The position numbers were made by a program, and so were the translations under genes. Below, one piece after another: positions 38,006 to 48,080 of a DNA stretch of 64,000 bases. Position 1 is the stretch's first letter. Every line of letters begins with the position of its first letter. The notes beneath the pieces were generated by a model that saw only the letters and a list, made by a program, of their open reading frames with translations, had not been told where the DNA came from and ran no database searches. The DNA comes from a bacterium (GTDB lineage: Bacteria > Patescibacteriota > Minisyncoccia > UBA6257 > JAGOQP01), in contig JAKAHY010000001.1 in assembly GCA_021814695.1 (NCBI GenBank), positions 45,278 to 109,277 on the forward strand, in the 5' to 3' direction.

Positions 38006-39115
38006 ATGGCTCTCGCAATATACAGAAAATATCGCCCCAAAAAACTCGCCGATGTTATTGGCCAGGAAAACATAACGACGATAATAAAAAACTCGGCCGC
38101 GGAAGGTAAGCTGGCTCACGCTTATCTTTTTTATGGCCCCCGAGGCACCGGAAAGACAACTATAGCCAGAATTCTTTCTAAAATCGCCGAATGTGAAACC
38201 CGCCAGAAAGACCCGGAATTTGCCAAAAAAGGAGAGCCTTGCAATAAATGCCAGGCCTGTCTGACTATTGATTCGGGACAGATGCTGGATGTAGTTGAGA
38301 TAGATGCCGCTTCCAACAGAGGCATTGACGAAATCAGGGATTTAAAAGAAAACATCAAAACTCTCCCCTCTTTATACAAATACAAAGTATTTATTATAGA
38401 TGAGGTGCATATGCTTACCATTCAGGCATTTAATGCACTGTTAAAAACCCTGGAGGAACCTCCTCAGCATGTGATTTTTATCCTTGCCACAACCGAATAT
38501 GAAAAAGTTCCCGCAACCATAATTTCCCGCACGCAAAGATTTCATTTCAGAAAACTTACCCTGCAGGAAATTGTTACCAAACTCGAATCGATTTTAAAAT
38601 CGGAAAAAATATCCCATCACAAAGAAGCCCTGGAGATGATCGCCTATCTTGCCGACGGCAGTCTGCGCGACGCCGAGTCTCTTTTGGACCAGATTATTTC
38701 TTTGCGCGGAGCCAACATTACCGTTCAAAATGTGGAGGATATATTAGGCAAGGTGGATTTTTCAAAAACAATCGGAATGTGTGACCTGCTGATTAAAGGA
38801 GATCTGCAAAAATCTCTGGAATATCTGTATGACATTTCCAATCAGGGATACAATATGTTTCAGTTCAATAAAGATATCACCGAATATCTGCGCCGGGTGC
38901 TTTCATTGCACCTCAATCCTTCCCTGGAAACAATGTTTATACGCGAATTAGCCGAATCGGAAATCAAAGAAATAAAACAACACGCGGCCATCGCCGATAC
39001 CGACAAAACCATAAACTTATTAAAATCACTTATAACCGCCTATTCCCAGATGAAATATAATCCATTTCCCATAGTTCCCTTTGAAGTGGCTATTATAGAA
39101 AACTTAAAGAAATAA
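38006..39115 (+). CDS. dnaX: DNA polymerase III subunit gamma/tau (short form)
   Basis: YRKYRP, GPRGTGKT, EIDAASN, IIDEVHML, SRTQRF. Confidence 0.96.
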   Translation: MALAIYRKYRPKKLADVIGQENITTIIKNSAAEGKLAHAYLFYGPRGTGKTTIARILSKIAECETRQKDPEFAKKGEPCNKCQACLTIDSGQMLDVVEIDAASNRGIDEIRDLKENIKTLPSLYKYKVFIIDEVHMLTIQAFNALLKTLEEPPQHVIFILATTEYEKVPATIISRTQRFHFRKLTLQEIVTKLESILKSEKISHHKEALEMIAYLADGSLRDAESLLDQIISLRGANITVQNVEDILGKVDFSKTIGMCDLLIKGDLQKSLEYLYDISNQGYNMFQFNKDITEYLRRVLSLHLNPSLETMFIRELAESEIKEIKQHAAIADTDKTINLLKSLITAYSQMKYNPFPIVPFEVAIIENLKK

Positions 39116-39117
39116 AA

Positions 39118-39447
39118 ATGCTTCCGATACACCACATAAATCTCAGAAAAAGAGCCTCCAAAACACTTGACCCGTATCCGCATCCGGAAAGATTAAAAAA
39201 TTTAATTGATAAAGCGGTTTATGCCGCCGCTTTATTGACTCCGGTAGTGACTATCCCTCAGGCATATCAGATATTTGCCGTAAAAAGCTCGGCCGGAGTT
39301 TCTGTTGTTTCCTGGATATGTTTTGCCTCAGCCAATATCGTATGGACAATTTATGGAGTAGTACACAAAGAAAAACCGATAATCATATCGAACATTGCAA
39401 ACTTCTTCATTAACATAGTTGTCATCGTTGCGGCTCTTATGTATTAG
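39118..39447 (+). CDS. SemiSWEET/PQ-loop transporter
   Basis: TIPQ...I..K..AGVS..SW, W..YG..HK. Confidence 0.82.
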   Translation: MLPIHHINLRKRASKTLDPYPHPERLKNLIDKAVYAAALLTPVVTIPQAYQIFAVKSSAGVSVVSWICFASANIVWTIYGVVHKEKPIIISNIANFFINIVVIVAALMY

Positions 39448-39468
39448 AACTCGTCAGGATTGCCTGCT

Positions 39469-39502
39469 AACAAAAACCCCGGTTTAAGCCGGGGTTTTTG
39501 TT
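39469..39502. terminator. Bidirectional terminator
   Basis: AACAAAAACCCCGG-TTTAAG-CCGGGGTTTTTGTT between convergent genes. Confidence 0.8.
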
Positions 39503-40629
39503 TAACTTCTTTTTCTTGAAAGCAGAACTCCTAAGAGAACGAATATCGCTATCAGCAGTATTGCCCCAAACGAGGCCAGAGACGATGAGGTTACCGAAAC
39601 CACGGATGCCTGCAAAGGAGAGTAAGAGCCGGCTGTCGGGGTGTAATAATACGTTCCTTGGTTGGGATAATTTCCCAAATTCTGGGCATAAGGATTTGAG
39701 TAATATGTATATGAAATAGTCGGCTGAGTGTAATATGGTTGGCTGTCATAATAAACGGGCTGTGTCTGAGGGTTTGTGGCGTAAATATATTGAGGCACAT
39801 ATGTAACCGTCGGAGTGGTCTGAACCGGTTGGGTATAGACATAGTTTGTCGGCGGAGTGTAGGTGTAATTTATCGGCTGAGTATAATTGTTGTAGTTGTA
39901 ATACGATGAGCCGGTTGTGGTAAACGAAAGTGTCTGTCCATAAGACGTAAGTCCGTTATTTTGGAGAACCGCCTTAAAGTAATAAGTCGTTCCGGAATTT
40001 AAATTTGTCGCCGAATATCTGAAAAACGAATTGGACGAATTAGTCCGGTAATAATCAGATGTGCTTATAACCGTAGTCAGGCTTTTTTGATTTAAGTTTG
40101 AATAATCGGTTCCGTATTCAAACCATCCCAAGCTTTGCGAGTTGGTGGTTGCGGCAAAACCTATAAGCGTAGCCGAATTATTTGTTATATCCGTAGCCGC
40201 ATTAGTAGATACCGAAACATTGCCGGAGTTTGTCGTCCCATAACTGGTGGTTGAAAACGAAAGAATATTTCCCTGGCTGGTACCGTATTGGTTCTGCGCG
40301 CTTAACCGAAAGTAATAAGTCGTTCCCGACATAAGTCCCGAGACAGCCATTGAAACATTGTTCTGCGAATATGATCCGTTCATCGTCTGAGACGACGTGA
40401 AATTGCCAAGTGATTGAGTAGTCCCGTATTCAAAATAATAAGACGTCTGATAGCCGTTAGGATTCAATTGTCCGTATAAAGTTGCGCTATTATCGGAAAC
40501 GATAGTGGCCTGATTTGTCTGCGCAAAAGGCGCTCCCGCCTGTTGGGAATGAGTCACTCCGGCAGTAATAAAGCCCCCTAAAACGACCACTGCCACAATT
40601 GCCAATATGGCTGATTTCTTTATATTCAT
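39502..40629 (-). CDS. Surface protein with two FN3-like repeats, Tyr/Pro/Thr-rich stalk and C-terminal TM
   Basis: Signal peptide; duplicated SATL.G...FEYGT...GTTYYF...G..LSF.T. Confidence 0.8.
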   Translation of the reverse strand: MNIKKSAILAIVAVVVLGGFITAGVTHSQQAGAPFAQTNQATIVSDNSATLYGQLNPNGYQTSYYFEYGTTQSLGNFTSSQTMNGSYSQNNVSMAVSGLMSGTTYYFRLSAQNQYGTSQGNILSFSTTSYGTTNSGNVSVSTNAATDITNNSATLIGFAATTNSQSLGWFEYGTDYSNLNQKSLTTVISTSDYYRTNSSNSFFRYSATNLNSGTTYYFKAVLQNNGLTSYGQTLSFTTTGSSYYNYNNYTQPINYTYTPPTNYVYTQPVQTTPTVTYVPQYIYATNPQTQPVYYDSQPYYTQPTISYTYYSNPYAQNLGNYPNQGTYYYTPTAGSYSPLQASVVSVTSSSLASFGAILLIAIFVLLGVLLSRKRS

Positions 40630-40775
40630 ATGTTAGTGCTATTATCCAACTTTTTAAGGATAAATCAAGCTCGTGGCTCTATGTCTATGAAAATATCGCG
40701 ATTTTATATTTTGAGTCCGTATACAACAAAACCTCCCGAAAGACAGCTAATTTCTACCGGGAGGTCTGTTTTGGA

Positions 40776-41021
40776 TTATTTTTGAAGCTTGTTGTAAAGC
40801 CAGGCAAAAATATAACAGCCGATAAAGCCGTCAAAGAATCCGTAGACGAGCCCTAAAATGCTACCCATATAGGTAACGTCATACCCCGGATATATCTGGA
40901 CAAATAAATGCATAAAATCGAAAGCATATCCGGTTCCGGCCGAAATTATCGTAAAAATGAACATAAATGCGCTCCAAAAAATTCCGGCTGCAAGGGCGAA
41001 CTTCTTCGTGTTTAACATCAT
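40776..41021 (-). CDS. Small 2-TM membrane protein (holin-like family)
   Basis: YPGY..T..GS..G..YGF.DG......AWLYN. Confidence 0.7.
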   Translation of the reverse strand: MMLNTKKFALAAGIFWSAFMFIFTIISAGTGYAFDFMHLFVQIYPGYDVTYMGSILGLVYGFFDGFIGCYIFAWLYNKLQK

Positions 41022-41112
41022 AGTGATATTTTTCAGTTTCAGTTACGACCTTTGTATATATTATACCAAATAAAAAAACCGCCGAAGTTAATTACTTGCA
41101 GCAGTTTATTAA

Positions 41113-42162
41113 TTAAAGAGCTTCCCAGGGCAAACGCGCCGATTCGTACTGTTGATCCTCCAACTTGAGGAAAGTATGAAATCTGTCCACGATATACGGC
41201 CGCCATCCGTCATGAATAATAACCACGATGCGGATCTTGCCGTCTTTCGGATTCCTCAGAGAATCGAGAGTGTCGTCATTATCATGCGTGTTGAGCAGAT
41301 GATAAACGCCGGCAAAAGTTGCTCCACCGCTTGCACCCGATGTTACACCCATTATCCAATTGAGCCACAAAGCCGAAAGATATGCCGAAGATGTCTTGAC
41401 CCTAACGCATTCATCCACCGCTTCGCGCCAAGGCTGAGTAATTTCTTTCATCCCTTCAATATCACGCATACCCGGAATCTCATTTCCCGAAGCGCACATA
41501 ACGCCCACGCTTCTGAAATTTTCCAGCCTGGCCCTGAATCCCTCGTTTAATCCGATAATGGTTCCTCCGGTTCCTATAGGAGCGACAAGAATGTTAAGGT
41601 CCGGAACCTTTTCCAGAATCTTAGGAACGCACCAATCGCGATAAAGAATCTTATTGGCCGGATTGGCGTATTGGTCCAGATTCAAAAATCCATCGTCGGA
41701 CTTTTTCCATCCGCTGGGTTTCCATCCGCCTCCACCCAATTTTCTTGCAGTCGCAATCGGGCTTAGCCCTTTTTGCGGCGGCCAGACTTCCGCACCGGCA
41801 AAAAACGGCGGCTTGCTTTTCCCAAGCGGCGCATCTTCTTTCATAATCGCGACAACCCGACTGGCACAAAAAGGATCGGCCAGAGCGAGCTTGGCAAGTA
41901 CCAAACCCGTAGCGCCCGAAGTTGCTTCCACAAGAGAGTCCCCTTCCTGAAAAATCCCCGACTCTCTCGCGTCCTGAAGCATTCCCAAAACTGCCAGAAA
42001 CTTAAGCGATTCAAAAGGAAGGTGGTATCCCAAAGCAACAAACATTTCGACTCCTCCATAGTCCGCAAATGGGTTGAGAAAATCGTCAACTCTAACTACC
42101 GGCAGGTCCCAATTAGCGCCTGTATTTTTCCAGACGTCCATTTGGTAATTTTTCCTTAGCAT
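41113..42162 (-). CDS. PLP-dependent cysteine synthase-family enzyme (divergent)
   Basis: SLK (PLP Lys), EATSG.TG, DQYAN, GTGGT; GAGGAG SD. Confidence 0.85.
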   Translation of the reverse strand: MLRKNYQMDVWKNTGANWDLPVVRVDDFLNPFADYGGVEMFVALGYHLPFESLKFLAVLGMLQDARESGIFQEGDSLVEATSGATGLVLAKLALADPFCASRVVAIMKEDAPLGKSKPPFFAGAEVWPPQKGLSPIATARKLGGGGWKPSGWKKSDDGFLNLDQYANPANKILYRDWCVPKILEKVPDLNILVAPIGTGGTIIGLNEGFRARLENFRSVGVMCASGNEIPGMRDIEGMKEITQPWREAVDECVRVKTSSAYLSALWLNWIMGVTSGASGGATFAGVYHLLNTHDNDDTLDSLRNPKDGKIRIVVIIHDGWRPYIVDRFHTFLKLEDQQYESARLPWEAL

Positions 42163-42224
42163 TAAGCCCTCCTCTGTTGAGTTCTACCGATAATCCTGCT
42201 CTTAAACAGAATATGCGTCAAGTA

Positions 42225-42965
42225 CTATTTTTTTCTTATTATGAAAAAAGGCGTCATCTCATCAGACTGGCCGGCGGGATTGTCACGGACAACTTCCCGG
42301 ATGAATTTTTCCTTTATTTTCTTGTTTGATTTTCCCAAAGAAAAAGCTCCTAGATAATTGGCATCAATAATAACCGCATCGTTTCCGAACCGCTCTTTAA
42401 TCTCTTTGGCTACCCCCATGGGGTTTATCGGAGGAAGTTTTGCATAATGGGTATAAGGTTGAATAACAAAAGACATCGGGCAATCTATGGATTTAGCTTT
42501 TTTGCCGCAAATAACATAAAAAAGGCCTTTGATTCCCAGAGGTCTGGTAATAGCGGCAATAGCGGCGGCAAAAAGAACTCGCAGGATTCCGGCTTGTTCT
42601 ATAAAAAGCTGCATCGCCATTCCGGTGCCATGACCGAATCCACGGAAATCTTTTGTGCCGTAGCGGTTGTTTACTTTGCTTGCCAAAAAATAAGCCAGCT
42701 TTGAAGGCTTGATATCATTCATATTTATAATTCTGCCTTGAGTTGCGGCAACTACTTTTTCACTGACAAAAATTAAGTCGTCTTTTAAAAGATGGGGTTT
42801 GATATATTTATCCAAAAGTCTCATCAGGTCGTCCCTGTCGGTGATAATATCTGTTTTTATCGGTAGACGAAGATAGGTTTGGCCGTTAACATCTATCTCC
42901 AGATTCTTCCCCTTGTTCGGACGAAAGGTATGATTTTGTGAAAGTTGGTTATTTTTTTCTTCCAT
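42225..42965 (-). CDS. CofE-like (F420:gamma-glutamyl ligase family) protein
   Basis: D...VSEKVVA..QGR, IIDAN, DNPAGQS.E.TP. Confidence 0.8.
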   Translation of the reverse strand: MEEKNNQLSQNHTFRPNKGKNLEIDVNGQTYLRLPIKTDIITDRDDLMRLLDKYIKPHLLKDDLIFVSEKVVAATQGRIINMNDIKPSKLAYFLASKVNNRYGTKDFRGFGHGTGMAMQLFIEQAGILRVLFAAAIAAITRPLGIKGLFYVICGKKAKSIDCPMSFVIQPYTHYAKLPPINPMGVAKEIKERFGNDAVIIDANYLGAFSLGKSNKKIKEKFIREVVRDNPAGQSDEMTPFFIIRKK

Positions 42966-43049
42966 ATGAATATAATAGCACAGCCTTTATATTTGCCTAA
43001 ATAATTTATGCGGTTTGCTTTCCGAACAATCGCTTTGTAGAATAATAAT

Positions 43050-43436
43050 ATGTTTATACGAGTATGCATGGCAAAGCTTCATAGGCTGACGGTAACTCAG
43101 GCCGACTTAAACTATGTCGGTTCTATTACCATAGACCAGGAGCTGCTTGAAAAAAGCGGCATCAAGCCGTTTCAATACGTGAATATCACAAATCTTTCCA
43201 ACGGTATGTTCTGGCAGACGTATGTAATGGCCGGAAAAAAAGGTAACGGTGATGTTTGCCTCAATGGCCCGCCGGCACGGCATTTCCAACCGGGAGATAA
43301 AATTATTGTCCTTGCCGAAGCCTGGCTGGAACCATCGGAGATGGAGGAACTAAATCCGGTTGTCGTATTTGTTGACGAAAAGAACAAGATAACGGACATC
43401 AAAAAACATAAGGCCATTCCCCTACCGGAAAAATAA
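43050..43436 (+). CDS. panD: PanD-family pyruvoyl-dependent decarboxylase (substrate pocket altered)
   Basis: KLHR, ADLNYVG-SITID self-cleavage site, TY, LNG, GDKIIV. Confidence 0.85.
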   Translation: MFIRVCMAKLHRLTVTQADLNYVGSITIDQELLEKSGIKPFQYVNITNLSNGMFWQTYVMAGKKGNGDVCLNGPPARHFQPGDKIIVLAEAWLEPSEMEELNPVVVFVDEKNKITDIKKHKAIPLPEK

Positions 43437-43504
43437 TATTTGCCATAAAAACATATCTTTAGGATATGTTTTTTTATTTATTAATAAGAATTTAAATTAT
43501 TCGC

Positions 43505-44014
43505 TCAACCAAAAAAGATCGAGTATATAAATTTGGTAAAGGGATCCAAGTTGGGCCCATAAACTATTATTCCTCCCAAAACACTTGTCACCAGCATCGC
43601 CGCCAATCCGATTATCGCCATGGGAATGGCAATCCGGCGTTTAAGTATAAAGTCGGCAATCTTTCTGAAAAAAGAGAACACTCCGGAAAATCCGGGCAAT
43701 AATTCCAAATACTGCAGGGTAAACCATCTGACCGCATATGCGCCGGCGAGAATCCCAAAAATTACCGTCGTAGCGCCGGCAAATGTTTTGTGTACACTAA
43801 GCACGCTCCTTAGAGTCCATTGCGAAGAATGTTCGGCTAATGAGCCGGTACCGAGAGCTGCCAGAGCCCCTATTGTCCCAAAAAAGACAAGGAAAAATTT
43901 TATCGGGTCCCAGGGAAAACGCGGATACCATTTGGTTAAAGGCAATATTTCAATAATCGCATAGGTAATCAGAAGCGCTATCGGAAAATGCACAATAATC
44001 GGGTGAATGTTCAT
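43505..44014 (-). CDS. DUF2231-like membrane protein
   Basis: HPIIVHFPIAL, TG..AE, H...A, LGG.IVY. Confidence 0.82.
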   Translation of the reverse strand: MNIHPIIVHFPIALLITYAIIEILPLTKWYPRFPWDPIKFFLVFFGTIGALAALGTGSLAEHSSQWTLRSVLSVHKTFAGATTVIFGILAGAYAVRWFTLQYLELLPGFSGVFSFFRKIADFILKRRIAIPMAIIGLAAMLVTSVLGGIIVYGPNLDPFTKFIYSIFFG

Positions 44015-44096
44015 ATGGAAATTATACCAAATTTATTCGGGTTATATAAAAACCTTCTTGAATTAAGAGGCTTTTTGGTTTAATTTTATAAAGTCT

Positions 44097-44167
44097 TGGG
44101 GGGTCGTCTAACGGTAGGACATGGGCCTTTGAAGCCCAGTATATAGGTTCGATTCCTATCCCCCCAG
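44097..44167 (+). tRNA. tRNA-Gln (TTG), CCA not encoded
   Basis: Acceptor TGGGGGG/CCCCCCA; anticodon arm TGGGC-CTTTGAA-GCCCA; ATAGG-TTCGATT-CCTAT. Confidence 0.95.
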
Positions 44168-44567
44168 CAAAATAAATACACTTTTGCGGTGTATTTTATT
44201 TTGCGGGGAAAAAAGCAAACTGCTTTGCTTTTGTCAGGGATTCGAACGACGGAGCATGTTCCGCTCAGCAGAGCGTAACGCGAGTCGGTGTCTAGACCAA
44301 TTCTACTCGACGGAGTAGAATTGAGTTGAAGGAGAATTCTTGTCCCCCAGCCAACTTGAGCGGAGTTATTCCGATCGAGACATATCATAACAAAAGACAC
44401 GCGCCGAGAGGCGTGCGTCTTTTTTTGTTATTTATCCTACCAGATTAGATCTTTTATACCAGGTTTATTTTTTACTACTCTGAACCCCTACTCTCCCCAA
44501 GAATTTTTATCAGAATTTAAAGCCTCATACCAAAGTTCTGAAGATTCTCATCATTTTGGCTGTCAAG

Positions 44568-44622
44568 TATGTAAAACTATTTTACATATATATTTGCATT
44601 TGACTTAAAAATATGCTATAAT
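44568..44622 (+). promoter_or_regulatory. Palindromic operator plus sigma70 promoter of the LexA-like gene
   Basis: TATGTAAAA-CTA-TTTTACATA (44568-44588); TTGCAT-17 bp-TATAAT with extended TG; ATG 6 nt downstream. Confidence 0.65.
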
Positions 44623-44628
44623 GGAATT

Positions 44629-45276
44629 ATGAATAAAATTCAAATAGAGCTTTTGAACCTCTCTAAGCACCAGGATTTAGGCTCAATGAGCCTACGCCAA
44701 ATAGCAAAGATTATTGGGGTTGAAAATAAGCCCCAGATTGTAAAACACCACCTTTTACAGCTAGAAAAGGCCGGATTACTGCAAATAAACCTCAAAAAGG
44801 GCTTCATAAGGCCTGTTAGCAGGGGTTTTGGGCAGGATTCTGGCAAGAATCAAGTATATTCACTTCCTATCGTAGGAGCCGCAAATTGTGGTCCAGCAAC
44901 CATATTTGCAGACGAGAGGATTGAAGGATATTTGAAAGTATCGTCAAAACTGCTCCCGAGAAAAAAACATGACCTTTTTGTCCTTATTGCCGAGGGGCCG
45001 TCAATGAATAAGGCTGAAATTCGTGAAGGTGTTGTAATTGAAGACGGTGATTTTGTTGTTGTAGATAAATCATACAAAAATCCAAAAAACGGAGATATTA
45101 TTGTAGCAGTAATAGACGGAATGGGAACAATCAAAAAATATAGAGAGGATAAGAAAGAAAAACTCATTATTCTTGAATCAGAATCCACTGAAAACTATTT
45201 GCCCATATTTATTCATGAAGGTGATGACTTCATGATAAGCGGAAAGGTCATTGATGTAATTAAGAAACCTAGATAA
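44629..45276 (+). CDS. LexA/cI-like repressor (HTH plus S24 peptidase)
   Basis: SLRQIA...HL..LEKAG HTH; ANCG cleavage site; GPSM Ser and TIKK Lys dyad. Confidence 0.88.
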   Translation: MNKIQIELLNLSKHQDLGSMSLRQIAKIIGVENKPQIVKHHLLQLEKAGLLQINLKKGFIRPVSRGFGQDSGKNQVYSLPIVGAANCGPATIFADERIEGYLKVSSKLLPRKKHDLFVLIAEGPSMNKAEIREGVVIEDGDFVVVDKSYKNPKNGDIIVAVIDGMGTIKKYREDKKEKLIILESESTENYLPIFIHEGDDFMISGKVIDVIKKPR

Positions 45277-45281
45277 ATACT

Positions 45282-48080
45282 ATGGCGGGTAAAATTAAAT
45301 TCCGGGTTCTGGAAGATAAACCTCTAGAGAATATAGACGGCGATTATTTTGGCCATCAGGAAATAGCAAACAGCATTATTGAGGTTATCAAAGAAGCACC
45401 CAAACCTTTTAATATAGGATTGTATGGACAATGGGGTGTAGGGAAAACTACCATATGCAAAATTATAAAGGATAAATTTTCAAACGAGAATGAGTATGAA
45501 GTAGTTTACTTCGATACGTGGAAATATCAAAGAGATTCTTTCCGTAGGCAATTTTTGATAAATTTGGACCAAGAGTTAAGGTTAAATCTTAACTATAAGG
45601 AAAAACTAAATCAATCACTGTCCATTCCGTACAATTTAAAATGGATGGATAGTATAAAATTATTTCTGGGAAATTTTTTATTCAGAACATTAACGATTTT
45701 AATATTTGCTTTTATTGCAGTTTTAATTTTTAGACAATTTATTACACCAATTCTTTCTGCAAATTATATAGATCTAGCAAAAAGACTCTCAGATCTTGGA
45801 ATTATTGGTATATTAATAACGTTTATACTTGAATCAATAAAACAATTTCAGGGTGAAAAAACTTTTAACAGAACAGATTCGGCTGAGGGATTTGAAGAAT
45901 ATTTTATAGAAGTTCTTTCTAAAATCCAGAAGAAAAACTTGATATTAATAATAGACAACCTAGATCGTCTTTCAAGCGTCGAAGCAGTGCGTTTGCTGGG
46001 AGATATTAAAACTTTTTTATCTGACGACAAATATCATGATGAAAAGGTAGAAAATAAAACTGTATTCATAATGCCTTGTGACAACAAGGCTCTAAATGAC
46101 CAGTTGTCTAAAGAATATGGTCCCGGTTTTGATACAGAGGAGTACTTGAGAAAATTGTTTAACTATTCATTCAAAATACCGAAATTTCTTAACATTGAAT
46201 TAGATAAACTTATCATTGATAAGTTAAATCAAACGTTAATTGACGAATTTCATGATAACTATGATTTAGTATTTATTCTGAGTTACGCATTCAGGGATAA
46301 CCCTCGAGAAATAATTCAATTCATTAATTCGCTGATCTCTCTTTACTTGTTAGCAAAAGAACGAGGCATTTCAAGAATAATAGAAAGGGATCATATAGCT
46401 TTTTTAGCTAAGGTACTTGTCTTACGAATGAAGTGGCCTACTCTGTACACGAATATAGAAAATCATATTCTTCGAACTGGCGATAAATTATCAGAGATTG
46501 TTGATAGCTTAGAAAATAGTTCAAATAAGGATCAAATAGTTGAATTTTTAGAGAGGACTTCTCCAGTTAATGATGAAGAGTACCAGGATATTTATTTTTC
46601 TATTAGACAAAGTGATGAGCAAAAAATGATTCCTGAATGGGATAGTTTCGTTTCTTCTTTATTGGACGGACGAATACCAGATGCCAACAAAATATATGAA
46701 TCAATAAAATCTAATAACAAAATAGAACAACTCGGAAAATTAATAATTGATTATTGTAGACGAAACCAAAAAAACGAGAATCTTCTATTCAATATATTTC
46801 TCTCATCCCAATCAATAATTCCACCTGACGATCTTAAACATTTTCAGGAAATGTTTCTTTTAGTATTTAAGAATATACATGATGATGTATTCGTGAAATA
46901 TTTAGATAAATTAAATTTTAACAGATTTTTTAGTAAAGGTCTGCAAGGATTGTCTGCTGCTAATAAAAAGGAACTTAGTAGTAAACTGGTTTCTATAATG
47001 AATTACGCCTCATCAATAGAAAGTATAGAAAAAGACAGAATTAAATTCCTTAAGACATTATTCGAAGTTTTAAACTCTGAAGAAAACAAAGGTAATTTTA
47101 ATTTAAATGATAAAAAAATAGTTAGTGCAAAAAACAACTTCATTGAACATATTAAATATCAAACAGTTTTTCCAGAGTCTGAGAAAGGGGCTAACCTTGA
47201 TATCAATACTCTAAAAAATATCTTGGATGTGATATCTGCGCTGAAACCTTTTAGCTCAGAATTTTATCGTTCCGGAATTTATCTCTTAAATAATTTATTG
47301 GGATGGCCACCATTGGTTGAAAATGATGATGCGAGAATCCTTGTCCTGGAGAAGAGTTTAGATTTTCTAGATAAACAAGCGATACCCTCTCGTGATGACG
47401 GTAGCGTTATTGGTCCAATTCTTAATACATTCACTACGCGGATTTTTAGTTGGTACAGTGCTCAAAAAACTATTGAAGAAAGATCTTTGTGTATAAAAAT
47501 ATTCCAGAAAATAAATGTTGATTTGAATCCTAGTAGGGACGCAGTAAATACATATATTAAAGATTATGTAGCGGATACTAGTAATAACTCTGACATAATA
47601 CTAAAAACACTTGGTAAAGAATTCTTGGTTACAGATAGTTTTGCTCGGTCTGGTTTAATAGAAAGGACAAAGACAAAAACAGATCTTTTAATCAGATTAT
47701 CTATAAAAAATAAACTAACTGATGATGAAAAGGCTCTTGTGTTTAATAGTTTACTTAATTCTGCTAACGAGGCCTTAATATTTTTGGAATATATAAATTA
47801 TAAACTTCCTCACGAACACGGTGGTGATTCCAACTTTCTTAAGAATATCATTTCGAGAATGATAAATTCTAGCATCTTTACCGATGCCGAACTCCTTAAT
47901 AAATGGTTGGAGGCAATTAATAAACTCGTCATACCTTCTGACTTACTCGATCTATTTACTAAGAAAATGAGACAAGCTAAGACGATGTCAGATCAGCACG
48001 CGGAGGTTATCTCTGACTTTATTTCAAAGAATTCAAAAATTTTCGGCGACCTTATAGTTAATGAATTCAAAACTAAATAA
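45282..48080 (+). CDS. KAP-family P-loop NTPase with two TM helices and a long helical C-terminus
   Basis: GQWGVGKT, FDTWKY, IIDNLDR, EYLRKLF, NPREI. Confidence 0.88.
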   Translation: MAGKIKFRVLEDKPLENIDGDYFGHQEIANSIIEVIKEAPKPFNIGLYGQWGVGKTTICKIIKDKFSNENEYEVVYFDTWKYQRDSFRRQFLINLDQELRLNLNYKEKLNQSLSIPYNLKWMDSIKLFLGNFLFRTLTILIFAFIAVLIFRQFITPILSANYIDLAKRLSDLGIIGILITFILESIKQFQGEKTFNRTDSAEGFEEYFIEVLSKIQKKNLILIIDNLDRLSSVEAVRLLGDIKTFLSDDKYHDEKVENKTVFIMPCDNKALNDQLSKEYGPGFDTEEYLRKLFNYSFKIPKFLNIELDKLIIDKLNQTLIDEFHDNYDLVFILSYAFRDNPREIIQFINSLISLYLLAKERGISRIIERDHIAFLAKVLVLRMKWPTLYTNIENHILRTGDKLSEIVDSLENSSNKDQIVEFLERTSPVNDEEYQDIYFSIRQSDEQKMIPEWDSFVSSLLDGRIPDANKIYESIKSNNKIEQLGKLIIDYCRRNQKNENLLFNIFLSSQSIIPPDDLKHFQEMFLLVFKNIHDDVFVKYLDKLNFNRFFSKGLQGLSAANKKELSSKLVSIMNYASSIESIEKDRIKFLKTLFEVLNSEENKGNFNLNDKKIVSAKNNFIEHIKYQTVFPESEKGANLDINTLKNILDVISALKPFSSEFYRSGIYLLNNLLGWPPLVENDDARILVLEKSLDFLDKQAIPSRDDGSVIGPILNTFTTRIFSWYSAQKTIEERSLCIKIFQKINVDLNPSRDAVNTYIKDYVADTSNNSDIILKTLGKEFLVTDSFARSGLIERTKTKTDLLIRLSIKNKLTDDEKALVFNSLLNSANEALIFLEYINYKLPHEHGGDSNFLKNIISRMINSSIFTDAELLNKWLEAINKLVIPSDLLDLFTKKMRQAKTMSDQHAEVISDFISKNSKIFGDLIVNEFKTK

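Noticed and set aside
40776-41021. Prophage suggested by the holin-like gene
   Set aside because: No endolysin, structural or integrase genes are nearby
44086-44400. 104-aa ORF on the - strand
   Set aside because: It is antisense to tRNA-Gln(TTG) and its downstream hairpins
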